NCBI GenBank assembly: GCA_040357565.1
Contig: JBDODJ010000007.1
From: Cercozoa sp. M6MM
Taxonomy: Eukaryota > Protista > Endomyxa: Ascetosporea
DNA length: 64,000 bases
Reading direction: 5' to 3' (one strand)
A model generated the notes under the pieces. That model was not told the DNA's origin. It did not search any database and saw nothing but the letters and a program-made list of their open reading frames with translations. The position numbers and the translations under genes were made by a program. Shown here piece after piece: positions 1 to 13,618 of this stretch. How positions within the stretch are numbered: position 1 is the first letter of the stretch; every line of letters starts with the position of its first letter.

Positions 1-2
1 GT

Positions 3-50
<48 letters not shown>

Positions 51-60
51 NNNNNNNNNN

Positions 61-112
<52 letters not shown>

Positions 113-240
113 ACAGACACACAGACACAGACACAGACACACAGACACAGACACAGACACAGACACAGACACAGACACAGACACAGACACAGAAACAGAC
201 ACAGACACAGACACAGACACAGACACAGACACAGACACAC
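1..240. repeat. (CA)n followed by (CAGACA)n intronic microsatellite with a 10-N gap
   Basis: Directly visible tandem repeats. Confidence 0.95.
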
Positions 241-264
241 ATGGCTACACTAACCAAATGACAC

Positions 265-867
265 ACAGCAGGGTACCTGTGTAACATCTGGCTCAGCCAA
301 AAGAGGCTGGCCACTCAGTGCGGCCTTCATGGCCTGGTGGAACACGCCAAAGTCCTGCCCATCACACACACACAGTTGGTCTCCAAGCTCCCCCCCCCCC
401 CCCCGGATAGAAACAAGTACCTTGGCATCGAACAACTCAAGACCGCATACATCTGACGCTGTTTCGAAACTGCAAAAAAGCTCCGTCAGCTGCTGAAAGT
501 TCAATGCCTCGCCTACGATGGCACAAACACCCAGAGTCACACTATCCAATGTCATACCATCCAAAGTCAGATCGACACAAAGGCAAGCTTACATATCGGC
601 TCGCACAGCAGTTGCTTCCACGTGTGCAACTCGTGGATGCGTAGTGATGCCGTCGAATCCGGTGCACGTACAACGCACACGGCACCTTCAATGCCCGAAG
701 GCTGCCAGGCACCTAACACACGCACATAGAACAACCGAGAAAACACATATACGCATAGACAGGTTACCATTAGGAGCAATGTGCATTCGACACAGTGCGC
801 TGCCGCATAGCAGGCTGGGAGACAGCGTTCGCGCTAGCGCGCTTTTGTCCTCCTTGTAGAAGGACAT
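265..867 (-). CDS. WH1/EVH1-domain protein (WASP-like N-terminus); 3' part runs into the microsatellite and off the window
   Basis: Spliced exons give MSFYKED..GSALCRMHIAPN|GAWQPSGIEGAVCVVR..LRIHEL..ELFCSFETASDVCGLELFDAK. This matches the WH1 pattern (W...GAVC.V....IR.....F..F.....GL.F.D). Start codon uncertain. Confidence 0.6.
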
Positions 868-1615
868 GAGCTGGACCTACAGGGATACAACGTACAAACC
901 AAAAAGAACTGCCGCGGAGTCACGCGACGAAGATAATAATAAATGCAGTTTCTCTGTATGACTACATGCCCAAACGATCATCACCTAACAGTACAGTCGT
1001 TCACTCTGGTCCAGAGTGCCTTTGGCGAACTGCTTGCGCCCAGTCGAAATCGCCGGCCCGGGACTCGTCCTTCCGGACTGAAACATCGAGACTATCTTTA
1101 AAAAAACGCTGACTTCGTCCACACTGCTTCAGCTCATAGCCACGTGTGTGTGGAGACAATTTAGCTTCCACTCGCGCGGACACGTGAGTGGTGTTAAAAG
1201 AGGGATTTATTTTTGGTCCTCGGCAAAAGGCTCGAGCTCGACCAGCCGACCCTCTCCAGCGGTAGGTCACGTTGTATCATACGATGACCTGATACGGACA
1301 AGCTTGAAGTAGTGCCACTGGATTTCGTTTTGTAACAAGAATGGCCGCTGGGTGTGGCACTTTTTCCCGAGTTCGATCGTTTTTGTGGTTGATCTGTTTG
1401 TGCGCGTGCTCGATTTGAATGCTGGGCAGTGCGGACGCTCCCTGCTGTGTTTGTTTGGTTGCCGTTTCTCCAGGCAGTGCGTGCGTTTCTGGTCGGCCTT
1501 TGTGCACTGTTCTGTGTATCTTGTGTGTGTGTGTGTGTGTGTGTGTCAACTGACCGTGGCTTGCTTGGCTGTGTGTATGCGAGTTCTTGCTGCAGGCACT
1601 GCTCGCGGAGTTCGT

Positions 1616-3251
1616 ATGAACGAGCGTTCGCCTCGACAGCGTCGTCCTCGCGTAATATCAAGACAGGTAGTCCCACGCACTATTCACCTAGCATCATAGG
1701 CACCACATATGATGACTGGTCTGCCTGTGTCCAACACACAGGGACAGGAGGACGCACCACCGCTTAAGTCGCGCCGACTGATGCCGTCTTCGACGCTGGA
1801 GGAGTCGCTGCAGGACGTGACCACGTCGTCGGCCGCCACAACGTCATCGTACTCGCCATCGCCGTCGCTGATGCAGGACGAGCCAGCGGCCCAGAAGGAG
1901 TCGTCGCATGCCAGTGAGGAGACTGCAACAGCAACCACAACCACAACCACAACGACGGCGAAAACCTCCAGTACCGACAGCGAGTTCTACACGGCGTCGC
2001 ACCTGTCGGCGCACATCGTGGCCAACCTACAGTCCCCGATCGCAAGCATAGCACGTCGTCTGCCTCACGACACTGCCGTACCCATTGCCCTTAGCCTATT
2101 GCCCTTAAGCCTGCTCGTGTCCACTTATCGCTTGAACGACCTGTGTCTCGCAGAGAAGTGCCGTGTCCTCGCAGAGTGTAACACCGCGACGGAGGAAGAG
2201 CGAGGAACTCGACGTGAAGGACATGGCACGCCGTACGCTGCGCGGACTGCACATCGACACGGCCGCCGAGAGCACGGCCGAGTCGCTGAGTGCGCCGGCC
2301 ACGTCGCACCTGGCGTCCTCATCTCCGTTCTCAGAGGAGAGAGAGACCGCAGCTGCCGCCGAGACGACTGTGCCTGTGTCGCCGGTGATACCGGCCGCCA
2401 GCGACAGCGGCGTCATGTTCTCGCCGGCACTGTGGCGCGAGGACTCGGCCGGCCAGGTGACACCGCCGACGCCGCCGCTGCCGGCACCGGTGCTGCCGCC
2501 GACACCGCCGCTACACCCGGTGGTGACACCCCAGGAGGCTCCATCCCAGGAGGCTCCATCCCAGGGGACTTTATCCCAGGGGACCGTATCCCAGGAGACC
2601 GTATCCCAAGAGGTCCCATCCCAGGAGACTCCATCGCAGGAGACTCTTCCCCGTGAGGCTTCGCCTCAGGCGACGCAAGAGTCCGGAACCGTTGCGGCCA
2701 GCACTGTCAGTCGCCAGCGCCGCCAGCTGCGCGTGCGTGACATGACTCTCGACCAGCGACTCGAGCACGTGCTCACTCATCCGCACTTCCGCATCGATAC
2801 TGAGGTAGACTCCGCGCTCCCACCTCCCTTTCCCCTGCCTCTTACCATACCCTTTACCCTCCTCCCTTCCCCACGCAGGAGGACATCGATGCCTTCTTGT
2901 TCATGCGCACGGTGCCGCAGCTGGTGTCGCGACGCAGTCCGCTCATCCAGCGGCCTCGGTCATCGGCGCTGCCGCCGCACCTGCGGCAGATGCGGCGCCT
3001 CCGCGCGGACGACATGAGGAAGAACACACTGGTGCTCGACCTGGACGAAACGCTGGTGCACTGTGCCATCGAGCCGATTCCGAATCCGGACGCGCGTTTT
3101 CCGGTCGACTTTGGCGGCATGCGGTACACGGTGTACGCGCGGCGTCGGCCCGGTTTCGCCGAGTTCCTCGAGCAAGTCAGTCAGTGGTTTGAGGTACTTG
3201 TGTGTGTCTGTGTGTGTGTCTGTGTGTGTGTCTGTGTGTGTGTGTCTGTGT

Positions 3252-3298
<47 letters not shown>

Positions 3299-4187
3299 TG
3301 TGTGTGTCTGTGTGTGTGTCTGTGTGTGTCTGTGTGTGTCTGTGTGTCTGTGTGTCTGTGTGTCTGTGTGTCTGTGTGTCTGTGTGTGTACTATGTGTGT
3401 GTACTATGTGTGTGTACTATGTGTGTGTGTACTACCTTGTGTGTACTACCTTGTGTGTACCTTGTGTACTACCTTGTGTGCTGTACTGTACAGATCGTGA
3501 TCTTCACGGCGTCGCAGCGCGTGTACGCTGACCGACTACTGGACACGTTCGATCCGGACCGACGGTGGACGCAGTGTGTTTCTCTGTCTGTCCTTGTGTC
3601 CATGTGTCTGTCCGTGTGTACCAGTAGCCAGGACTGGTTTGTACCTGTGTTGTGTGTGGACAGGAACCGAATCTTCCGCGACGCCTGTGTCATGGTGAGC
3701 GGCAACTTTCTCAAGGACCTCTCGGTGCTGCAGCGCGACCTGTCGCGTGTCGCCATCGTCGACAACTCACCTACGGCCTTTGCCTTCCAGGTATACTCAC
3801 TGTTGGGCGTTACGGGGGAGGGCTTACTGGACTCCTTGCTGTACACACAGGTTGACAACGGCATGCCGATCGAGAGTTGGTTCGACGACGAGAGCGACCG
3901 CGAACTTCTCGCGATGCTGCCCTTCCTGCGACGTCTGTCGGAGGTGAGACTACCTGTCGCTTCACACACACACACACACAGCTTTGCTCACTCTTACCCC
4001 CCCCCCCCAGGCGGACGATGTGCGACCGCTCATCCAGCAGAGGTACGGCCTGCGACGTTTCCTGGGCGCCATGCCGCCGTCGCGGGTGCTGCGCGAGGAA
4101 TTCACGCGCCGAGTATCTGGCTCTAGTTCCGGCAGCACCAATGCCAACACTCGCAACAACAACAACACCAGCAACAACGACATGTAG
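1616..4187 (+). CDS. CTDSPL2: CTD small phosphatase-like protein (FCP1/NIF HAD phosphatase, CTDSPL2/SCP4-like), multi-exon
   Basis: Motifs TLVLDLDETLVH, YARRRPGFAEFLE, IVIFTASQRVYAD, FLKDLSVLQRDL, IVDNSP and NGMPIESWFDDESDREL; upstream DAFLFM..VP motif; long low-complexity N-terminus; GT-AG introns (e.g. 1667-1741, 2805-2878, ~3194-3493). Confidence 0.88.
2529..2650 (+). repeat. Coding 15-bp tandem repeat encoding SQ[EG]xx pentapeptides
   Basis: tcccaggagxctcca-type units translate to PQEAP SQEAP SQGTL SQGTV SQETV SQEVP SQETP SQETL. Confidence 0.9.
3198..3480. repeat. Intronic compound (TG)n/(TGTC)/(TGTACTA) repeat in CTDSPL2
   Basis: Visible tandem repeats between donor ~3194 and acceptor 3493. 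Confidence 0.9.
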
Positions 4188-4778
4188 CAAAAACGCACGT
4201 GCCCCCACTCACCTCGCTCAAACAACAGCAGTGTACCAAGAGAAAACCAACAAAGCCAACAGTGGGGGTGACCAGACCAAATCAACACACGCGCGCACAA
4301 TGAAACGAGTTTGTTGCCAGTCGCCGCACGAGCAGTCCACGGAACTGCCCAGTGTCATGAAGCGATCCCTGCACGCCAGGCGTGCGCAGTAGACGTCCAT
4401 TACCTAACGTCGAGTACCCCCATCATGATCATGATCGTATTTATCTCACATCTAACGTATTACTTGTCGATCTCGACTATTCTGGGGATCTGTCACCGAA
4501 CCAAGTCCAAGTCCTCCGCGCGGAAGATAACCTCAGTTTGATACAGCATGATCTGTTACCCTGACCTGCTGAGAGCTTCAGTAGATTGGTGGAACAGCTG
4601 TGGTAGAGCAGGGAAGCTTTGAGCAAGCCTTTGCAGCTGAACTCAAAGAAGGGCTCCGGACCAGGTAATCTGATCTCTCCAGAGCACTGCAGTTGTCTCC
4701 GCTTTTCTTCTTTCTTCCTTCACGCGAACTCAATAAAGAAGAATTCTGACGGGGTGTCGCTCCGTTCACCAGTGGACA

Positions 4779-7700
4779 CTAGTATTCGTAAGCACTACAC
4801 ATCCATGTGTCGAACTGGGGCGCTGCGCACTCAAAATACACATAAACACAGCAGTGAGCGCAAGAACTTGAAGCAGTAGACAGCAACGCACAACTCAGAA
4901 GGAGCTGCTCGACTCGCATCGACGCCGGTCGTGGCACCACTGTAGTCAGACGCAAGTAACACATATGAGATATCACGACAGTCAAAGGCAAGCGGGCAGG
5001 GTACCAGGCGACCGGTGCTGCGACGTGCTGCTGAAGTGAGCGTTGAGTCGTTTGTGTCCTTCCTCTGTGTGTCAACAGAAAAAGGTGTTGCTTTCAGTAC
5101 TTCGGTCAGCTTTGATCTGTGTGCGTGTACCAAACGAGTCAGCATCGTCGAACACGACAATGGAGGCAACGTCGGTGAGTGCATCCTGCAGCAGGCGTGT
5201 CCTGTCACCGTCACTGTCAGTGTGAGAATGCGCAACATCACTCTGCAGCAGCAGCAGCTCGGCTGGCGACACAAGGCGGCAAGACAGACCGTGCAGCACG
5301 GTGCCGACCTGCGTGTGCAGCTGCTGCAGCTCCAGTCGCGTGTGCAGGCCCTCGTGCCGCACCTCCAGAATGTGTCCTGTCGGCCACCCGCCGCCACTCG
5401 CGTTCTCCGTGTTGCCGTAGCCCGTACTCGAGGTACCATTACTGGTACTGTCCTGCACAAGGGACCCCTGTTGTAGCCATCCTTATTGTAGCCAACCCCC
5501 GGGAGAGAACCGACCTCGTCCTGTAGCACCTGCGACAGCAGTTTCTGGGGCGCACGCGACTTGCTCGTGCAGCGAATCTCGATGCCTGATCGCACACGTG
5601 ACCCCACTCACATGATCGCACACGTGGCCACTGAAGGCAGACACGTGGCTACACTCCCAGTGGATGAGTGGTACCTGTGTTGGTCACCTGCGACACCTGC
5701 GTCGACGTCGACATGTTGTAGAACGGCGCTCTGTGCCAGAATGGGAGAGAGGTCAACGAGGGAGGGGGTAGGGTAAGGGGTAAGGGGTAGAGGAGGGAGG
5801 GAATAAAGAAGGCTAACGCACATCTGCTTGAGGATCCACCGCTGGTCGGGATGCATGCGCTGCCGAATCACCGTCGTGCTCTAATCGCGCATGGACAAAA
5901 GAGACCGATAAAAGGAAACAATAAAAGAAACCGATAAACGAGACCGATAAAAGGGACCGATAAAAGGGACCGAGGTATCAATAGTTTGACTGGGTAAGTC
6001 AGTGTAGACGGTAAGCTTACGGTTCCAGTGGCGGCAAAGTCGCGTAGCACCTTGTCCAGGATCTCTTCGATCTTGAGAATGAAACGACGGTGCGGTCGCG
6101 CTTGATTCACGAGTCTGCCGCGGCAGGATTGCGTTTGTACCCTTACCCTCACCCCTTGACCCCCTCCCCCCAGAGAAAGAGAAACTACGAGTGCGAGAAG
6201 GAGTGGTCGATGTGGAACAACTCGCGCAAACGGCGGTTTCGCTCGCTGCGCGCGCAGTCGTCGTTGCAGTCCAGCTGCACACAGACACACGTGCCAAGTG
6301 GTCACTGGGTCACTAGGTGGGTCACTGGGTCACTAGGTGGTCACTGGGTCACTCACTGGGTCACTCACTGGGTCACTAGTCACTTGGGAAGGTACCACAC
6401 GCGAGGCGCCTAGCTCGCGACACGGGCGCTGCAGGCGACGATGGCCGCACCGGCAGGTCAGAGTGACACTGTCAGTGCAGACGGTGTGATCGCACGTGTC
6501 CACCGTCGGGTGGCACGGCAGGCGGCACGCGTGGCCACATGGCATGCGCAGCAGGCACTGCTGGCCGCACGAGGCGTCGGCGCTCTGCGCGTCGTCGCAG
6601 GCACCGATATGACACGTGCGACGACACGTGTGCTTGCCTGCGATCAAGATGCGATCACTCAGAACAGTGGTCACTCAGATAGATCACAACGGTCACTCAG
6701 ATAGATCACAATGGTCACTCAGAAATCACTGAGAGATCGGGAGGAAACGGTACCGCACTGGCGCGGCTTGCCGCACACCTGGCCGCACGAGACGCGCTTG
6801 CTGCGACACGGCACGTTGGGCACCACCTGCGCTCATTTTGTTTGCGTCCGCGCGGATGGGGGGAGGGTACATCTGTACGGTACGTACCACGTTGTGACCG
6901 CCGGTGCAGACGCGATCGACGCGCAGCGAGCAGGGCGGACATGCGTCGGCGTGACACGTGCGTGGACACGGATGACCACACTCCTACGGTCACATACACA
7001 CGCAGTGATCACATGGGTCACTCAGTCGAGTGGACGGTGTGTGAGTGGTCACACTGGGCGGTCACGTGGGAGGGGGTAGTACCCGCGATCGCTGGCACGG
7101 CAGGCGGCAGACAGGCGGCGGTGTGCCGCACGGGTGCGCGCCGGGTCGGCGTTGCGCGCCACACGCACTGCCCACGTGTCCACTCAATGTGTGCACTCAG
7201 TGGTCACCCGTGTGGGTGACTCAGTGGTCACGTGGTGACTCAGAGCTACCAGGACAGGTCGCGCACGATGCGTCCGCACGGACGACACTGTCGCGAGTGG
7301 CACGCGTCCTCGCACTGGTGTCTATGCCACACATGCAACGGTTATTCTGATCAGTGATCGATCAGTGTTGATCACTGATCGATGAGTGATCATTATAGAG
7401 ACGGTGAGATGGTGTCTGTGTACCCACACGGGAGCGCCTTGTGACACACGCGCGTGCACTCGTGGTTGCCCTCGCAGCAGCGGCGACGACACTTGTGCCG
7501 CCCGCACGACAGCGCGCTCGTGCACTTGTGCTGACACCTGTGGGCACGTGTCAGAGTACACAACTCGTACAGTCAGTGGTCACTCACACGCGCACACCGA
7601 CACGTGCCAACCGTACCGGAAGCTGCCTGATGATCCGCACGGCGAGCGACGACTCGAACGACCACAGCGACACACCGTCTGCACGCAGGGGGTTAGGGTT

Positions 7701-9431
7701 AGGGTAGGGGGTAAAAGGGGGTGGGGTAAAGCTACCGTGGTCATGACGGTGCAGGGCGGGCACTCACCGTCGTGACACGTGGCCTGACACGTGTGATTGC
7801 CACAGGCGAGTTTCTTGCCGCACGTGCCGCCACACGACGGCAGCGGCGACTCACTGCGCACATGTGTGTGATGACTCTCCCAGTGCGCACGTGGCCCCAG
7901 TGAGCACGTGGCCCCAGTGAGCACGTGGCCCAGTGAGCACGTGGTCCCAGTGGTACCAAGTGGCGCGGAAGGCGAACTGCGTCAGTAGCACGTGTCCACC
8001 GGCGCATGGCTGCGGGAAGCACGGTGCACGAGCGCACGTGTGCACCGACCGCACGCAGGCGCGATCGATCAGTCGACCGAGATCGGCAGCACTCGCGCAC
8101 GTGCTTTGATCGGCCGCACTCGACTCACTGTGATCGATCAAACCGTCGCCGCGCAGATTCGACTCGGGTCGCACCGCCACCGTACGCACGTGCAGCGACG
8201 GTGCGTGGCACACCAGTTGGCACGTGTGCGTGCCGCACGACAACGACTCGTCGCACACGTGCTCGCACGACGCCGCGCGTTTCTGCCCATCGGGGGGGGG
8301 GGGGGGGGGGGGAAAACGGGGCGGGGGTAAAGGGTAGGGGTAGGAGTGGTACCCTGGCCTCGATGTCGCCGCATGTGACAGTGACGGTTTCGCGACCACA
8401 GCGACACGTGACTTGCACCTTTTCCTCGCACTGTGTGTTGGGGCAAGGGGGTGAAATGGGGGCCGGGAAAGATTGGGGTCAAGAGGGGGTCAAGAGGGGG
8501 TCAAGAGGGGGTCAAGAGGGGGGGTAAAAGAGGCGGTAAAATGGCATGTACAGGCGGGCAAGCGCCGGCGTGGCACGGCAGCGAACACACGTGTCGACAG
8601 TGACGGTGCCGCTGACCACAGGACTGACCACACGGAGGCAGTGATCGCGGCGCACTGCAGGCCACGTGGCGACTCGACTTGCCGCAGGGACAGCTGCGCA
8701 GTCACACACACACACACACACCGTCAGTCAGTGGTCACTCAGTCAGTGGTCAGTCAGTGGTCACACGTGCGTATCACATGGGTGGATACCGAGCCTTGGC
8801 GCCAGGTCGAGTGCAGGGCGGACACGGTCCTACACACACACACACACATATATGCCGACTGGTGACTGGAGACACGTGCCGACTGGTGACTGGAGACACG
8901 TGCCGACTGGAGGCACAGTGTGCGTGCGCAAATGGTACCAGGATGACACACGAGGGGACACTTGTGCGGACACTTCTCGCCACGTTTCTTGCTGCAGGGA
9001 CACAGAGGGGATAGAGGACGTAAACAGGGGAGGGGGGGTAAAGGGGGGGGGGTAAAGAGAAGGTAAAAAAGGGTCGCACCGACACATGGAGGTGCAGGCA
9101 TGAGGCAGTGCACTCGTCGATTCCTGCAGCACCTGTAGCCACACACATACACACATACATACATACATACACACATACACACACATAAACACAAGTCCAA
9201 AGAGGTACAGGACGGTACTAAATGGACACCTTCTTATGCGACGTGCGGCCACAAAAACACGTGGCTCCTTTCACTCCGCGGTGTTCTGCCTGGCAGGCTG
9301 CACACAACCTTGCCTTCTTTATTCACTTACAAGTACATACAAAGATACATATATTTATACATAGAGAGAGATATGAACAATACATATATATATATATATA
9401 TCTATAGATTTACATACATATATGCATATGT

Positions 9432-9464
<33 letters not shown>

Positions 9465-9615
9465 GTATAGACGTGCATAGATATGCAACATACCGGGACA
9501 TCGGAACTGCGAGTCGGGCGACTGCTTGGCCCATTGCTTGATGCACCGGTGGTGCAGTACCACGTGACACTGTCACTCAACCGATTCATTCAGTCTCTCT
9601 GCCCCCTCTCTCTAC

Positions 9616-9648
<33 letters not shown>

Positions 9649-10284
9649 CTCTTCCAACATCAGACTGAGAAGACAACTACCTGCGAGCACGTCCAAATCG
9701 CGTGCTTTGCGCGCACCAACTCGCAGCACACGGCGCACTCCATGGCGTCTGTCAAGCGTGATTTCAACTCAACTCAACTCAAAGCAACTCAACTCAACTC
9801 AACTCAACTCAACTTAACTCAAAGCAACTCAACTCAACTCAAAGCAACTCGCGCGATGACCAAAGCTTCGGTACCTTGGATAAGCGAAAGCGCGAGTTCG
9901 CGCGCGCGTTCGCTGAAACCGCCGAGCATGGCTGTGAGACAATACAAAAGACACGTTTTTCAGATCCATCCCAAAGCCATCGAGCAAAGCAAAAGGCAAA
10001 AGGCAAAAGCTACACGGGTCGAAAATCACAGGAGCTTTCGCTTCCTGCGACTGCGCTTTCGGCTGCTTCTTCTTCCGGTTTCGATTTCGCGAACGCTTCG
10101 CATTGTCTGGCTTGCTTTCGGATGTCTCGGTATTGGTCGGTGTCGCCTCTGCGGCACCGTCTGAGGCAGGCGATTTCTTTCGACGACGTCCGCGCGGACG
10201 ATGGCGTTTCTTCTTTTCGGCGCGTTCAACGCTGGTACTGCTTGTCTCTGGCACGAACGTCGGTGCTGCTGGCGAGAGAGACAT
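4779..10284 (-). CDS. NFX1: NF-X1-type zinc-finger protein with N-terminal PAM2, RING, multiple NF-X1 fingers and R3H domain; many exons
   Basis: MSLSPAAPTFVP (PAM2-like); RING CAVCCE..IWTC..VLHHRCIKQWAK..FRCP; repeated CGxHxCxxxCH fingers (CGKKLACGNHTCQATCHDGECPPC, CGTHTCQLVCH, CGHACRLPCH); R3H-like RMHPDQRWILKQM. 3' end approximate. Confidence 0.88.
9764..9850. repeat. (AACTC)n pentanucleotide intronic microsatellite in NFX1
   Basis: Visible tandem caactc units with aaag variants. Confidence 0.9.
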
Positions 10285-11071
10285 CACACTCGTCGAGCAC
10301 ACAGAAAAAGACGGGAAGCTGCAAAGAACGACGTGGCGACGAAAGTGCACTAACCAGCGCGACACGAGCTTTTTCTCTGGTAACTCGTTAATACGCGGTA
10401 GCTACACTGCGCTACGCACACCACCGTGTTCATTCAGCTTGGGGAATAGTGGAGTGCTGGGGAAAAAGGGAAAAATAAATAGTACTAAAAATAATTGAAT
10501 AAATCTTAAGTTGGTTTTTGGAGATACTAGTAAGGCTCAGCAGCCAATTGAAACACAAGAATGTCGTATTTAGTTTCGTTCGGAGCCGAAGGCCGCCAAA
10601 TAAATAGAAGTGTTTGTGTGAATGTTGGTGTGGTGTGATTGTGATTGTTGTTTGTGACACGTCGTCATTGGCCCGAGCCGCACACGAGAAGAAAGAAAGA
10701 CACGCACGCCGCAGTCTCACACACGGCAGGGGACACACTCGGCAGTAGCGAGAGAGAAGACAACAGGGGGACAGAAAGACACCGACAAGACGCGACTACA
10801 AGAGTTGCCTTCTCTGCAAGCGAAAGCCGAAGCGAGCGTCGCTGTGATAGAGTTTCGATTGAGAGGAATTGTGTGAGTACAGTGTGTAGCATACAGCACA
10901 CAGCACGCCATGCGAATGTGAGTGTGCCTGTGTGGGAGTGTGAGTGAGACTGTAAGTGTTCATGCCAGAGGGGGGGGGGTGTGCAGACAAACGCATCGGG
11001 AAAGTTTGTTAGTGTGAGTGAGGGCACGAAGTGAGCGACTCCTTGCATTGCAGAAGCCATCAGCGAGAGTA

Positions 11072-11321
11072 TTATTGTGACATGTGTGCCCCACCAGCAC
11101 ACACTGAAAATGCTTTAGCCGAACCTTCTGTACACAGACCACAGACACACGAGCATACACGAGAGCGTGGGAATATGCACAGAGTCCAATGGGCAAAAAA
11201 CGTACTGCGGCTGCGACCACTGCACACTGGCGTGCTGTTGCGACTGCTGCTGCGGCGCGTAGTCGGCGTAGCCGTACGGCGATTGCCGCCGTCTTTCCTG
11301 CTGCTGCGACACATTCAGCAT

Positions 11322-11370
<49 letters not shown>

Positions 11371-12380
11371 AGCACATGGAGAAACGAGTACCGTCGTCCG
11401 CGAGTGTCGGTGCAGGCGCTGACGGTGCTCACTGTCGTGTGCGCCAGTGCCGCGCGTACTGTGGTGATGGTGCTGCTGCGGTTGCTGGTGCTGTTGCAAC
11501 TGCTGCGACGGGTCCTCGTCGACAGCGACGCCACTGGTGGCACCGCGCACCGGCGAGGCCTGCTGTCGGCGCACCTGCTGCTCGTGCTCGTCGTCCTCCT
11601 CGCGTGGCAGCTGCGTCACGTGCGGCACGCGGCCGAAACTGTCGGGCGCACGCAGTGCTCGTGGCGCCTGGTGGTGCGCGCAGCTGCACGACGCCGACGT
11701 CATGGCGTGGTTGCGCAGCTCGTGGTAGTACTGCTGGTACTGCTCGGGCGACACGTCCAGATTGAAGTTGATCATGAACAGGAACTCTGCACACCGACAG
11801 AGTACAGGTAAAGTGTAAAAGTACAGTGCTAAAGTAAAGTGCAAAAGTAAAGTGCAAAAGTAAAGTGCAACGGTCAGAGGCAAAAGCACCAATCTCAAGC
11901 GCGTTGACCTCGCGGCACGGCACACCGCCCACCTTGCCGTAGAAGGCATTGTTGAAGTACTGGTCGTCAAAGAACTTGGCCGACAGCATCACGGCCGTGA
12001 TCAGCAGACGGTGCACGTTAAGCGAATTCACCAGAAAGTACTGGTTCGTCTGGATGATGCGGTCCACGAAGATGAGCGACAGCACAAAGCACTCGCCCGA
12101 GCAGCACGAGTAGCGCGCGATACGCTCCTAAGAGCACGGCACAGAGTCCAGGTGATCATGTTTCAGACACATGATAACAAAAAGGGAAAGGAAAACGCAA
12201 ACGCACCAGGTAGTCACCGATGGAGATGCTGGGCGGACGCAGCGCGTGGAACTTCGTGACATGCGCGGCGTCGAGCGGCACACGGTCGTTGCGCGCACAC
12301 AGCTGCGACAGCACGCACGCTAGCACGGGCACGATGCGCTGGCCCGTCTCATCGGAGCCGAGTTCCATCGACGACGACAT
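11072..12380 (-). CDS. P/U-type (PHO80-like) cyclin
   Basis: [90 protein letters not shown]; Q/H-rich C-terminal tail. Confidence 0.93.
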
Positions 12381-13174
12381 GGCGCGGTGTTCTTGCTCTT
12401 AATACTGTGAATAATATTCTGCGTGTTTTTCGTGTTTTTGTTTTGTTTTTTGTGGATTGTGGTGGAGTCGTGGGTTTCGGGTCACACGCTCCGCACAACC
12501 AACGCGCCTTGACACCGATACAGCAAGCACGTCCGACGCCCAAAGTACGCACACGGCTGCACACGCACACGCAAACTGCGAGCACTGAACAAGGCTTTAA
12601 GATCAACTCTGGTTGAGTCTGAAACGGCCGCGCTGTGGCTGATCGCGCGGCCGATCAATCATTCTTTGAGAAAAACGAAACCCGTTGACCAAATTAAGAG
12701 CCAGTGTGGCCTAGCCTTTAGCGGTCTGAACGTTAAAATAGTCAGCCCGCACCCAACCCACCAGAACAGAACCTCAACGAAAATTAAATCTGCCAGGGCC
12801 AGGACGGAAAACGGGCCAGGAAAAACACAAGATGCCACCCTTCATTGGCTTTCTGCTCAAATTGATAGTAGCTAATTAGCTCCACAAAAGATCTACCGCA
12901 CAAAAATCAGCGGCTGGCACGGATTGTGAGCGCGCGGGTCCTTTCAAAGCGGAAAAATCTGAGCTGTTGCTGGCTCTCAGTCCCAGCAACACAACTAATA
13001 CAAGAAACAATAGAAAGCTCGCACCTGTGAATACGCCTCGAGCCACCCAGCGTGACGACTGAGGTCCTCAGTCGGATTTTTTAATTTTTCACGCCATGTG
13101 GCCACACCCCAGCAGCTCAGACCAGACGCTGTGCGTATTGTGCTGTAATTTAGACGCCATTGTACGTGCCTTAA

Positions 13175-13438
13175 ATGCAGCTTGCAGCTACGAATCGGAA
13201 AGAGCGCAAGCAATCGCCATCATCGATGTAATTTTACTTGTCGGTGCTGGAGTGTAATTGATGGATTTATCTGTTGTTTCAGCACGCGAGAAAATGGCGT
13301 TCCTGTTATCGACGCGCTTTCTTACGTCATTTCAAATGCACAAGGGCGTCGTCGCACTGCCTTGGTGCTGTGCATGGTCGGCCTGCCCGCACGCGGCAAG
13401 GTACTCACAGCCTGTGCAGCACTGACGCCCTTCGCGAC

Positions 13439-13484
<46 letters not shown>

Positions 13485-13584
13485 NNNNNNNNNNNNNNNN
13501 NNNNNNNNNNNNNNNNNNNNNNNNNNNNNNNNNNNNNNNNNNNNNNNNNNNNNNNNNNNNNNNNNNNNNNNNNNNNNNNNNNNN

Positions 13585-13618
<34 letters not shown>

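Noticed and set aside
4450-4780. Minus-strand frame that looks protein-like but is interrupted by several TGA codons (possible recoding or pseudogene)
   Set aside because: It also contains a TAA, matches no recognised family, and TGA is a normal stop in other genes here (PFKFB, Pelota, BET); treated as convergent 3' UTR/intergenic DNA.
7689-7706. TTAGGG telomere-like repeats
   Set aside because: Only about two units inside a G-rich intron; not a telomere.
6295-8915. Spaced direct repeats considered as a CRISPR-like array
   Set aside because: Units are short, degenerate and lie in spliceosomal introns separated by NFX1 exons; no cas genes, eukaryotic context.
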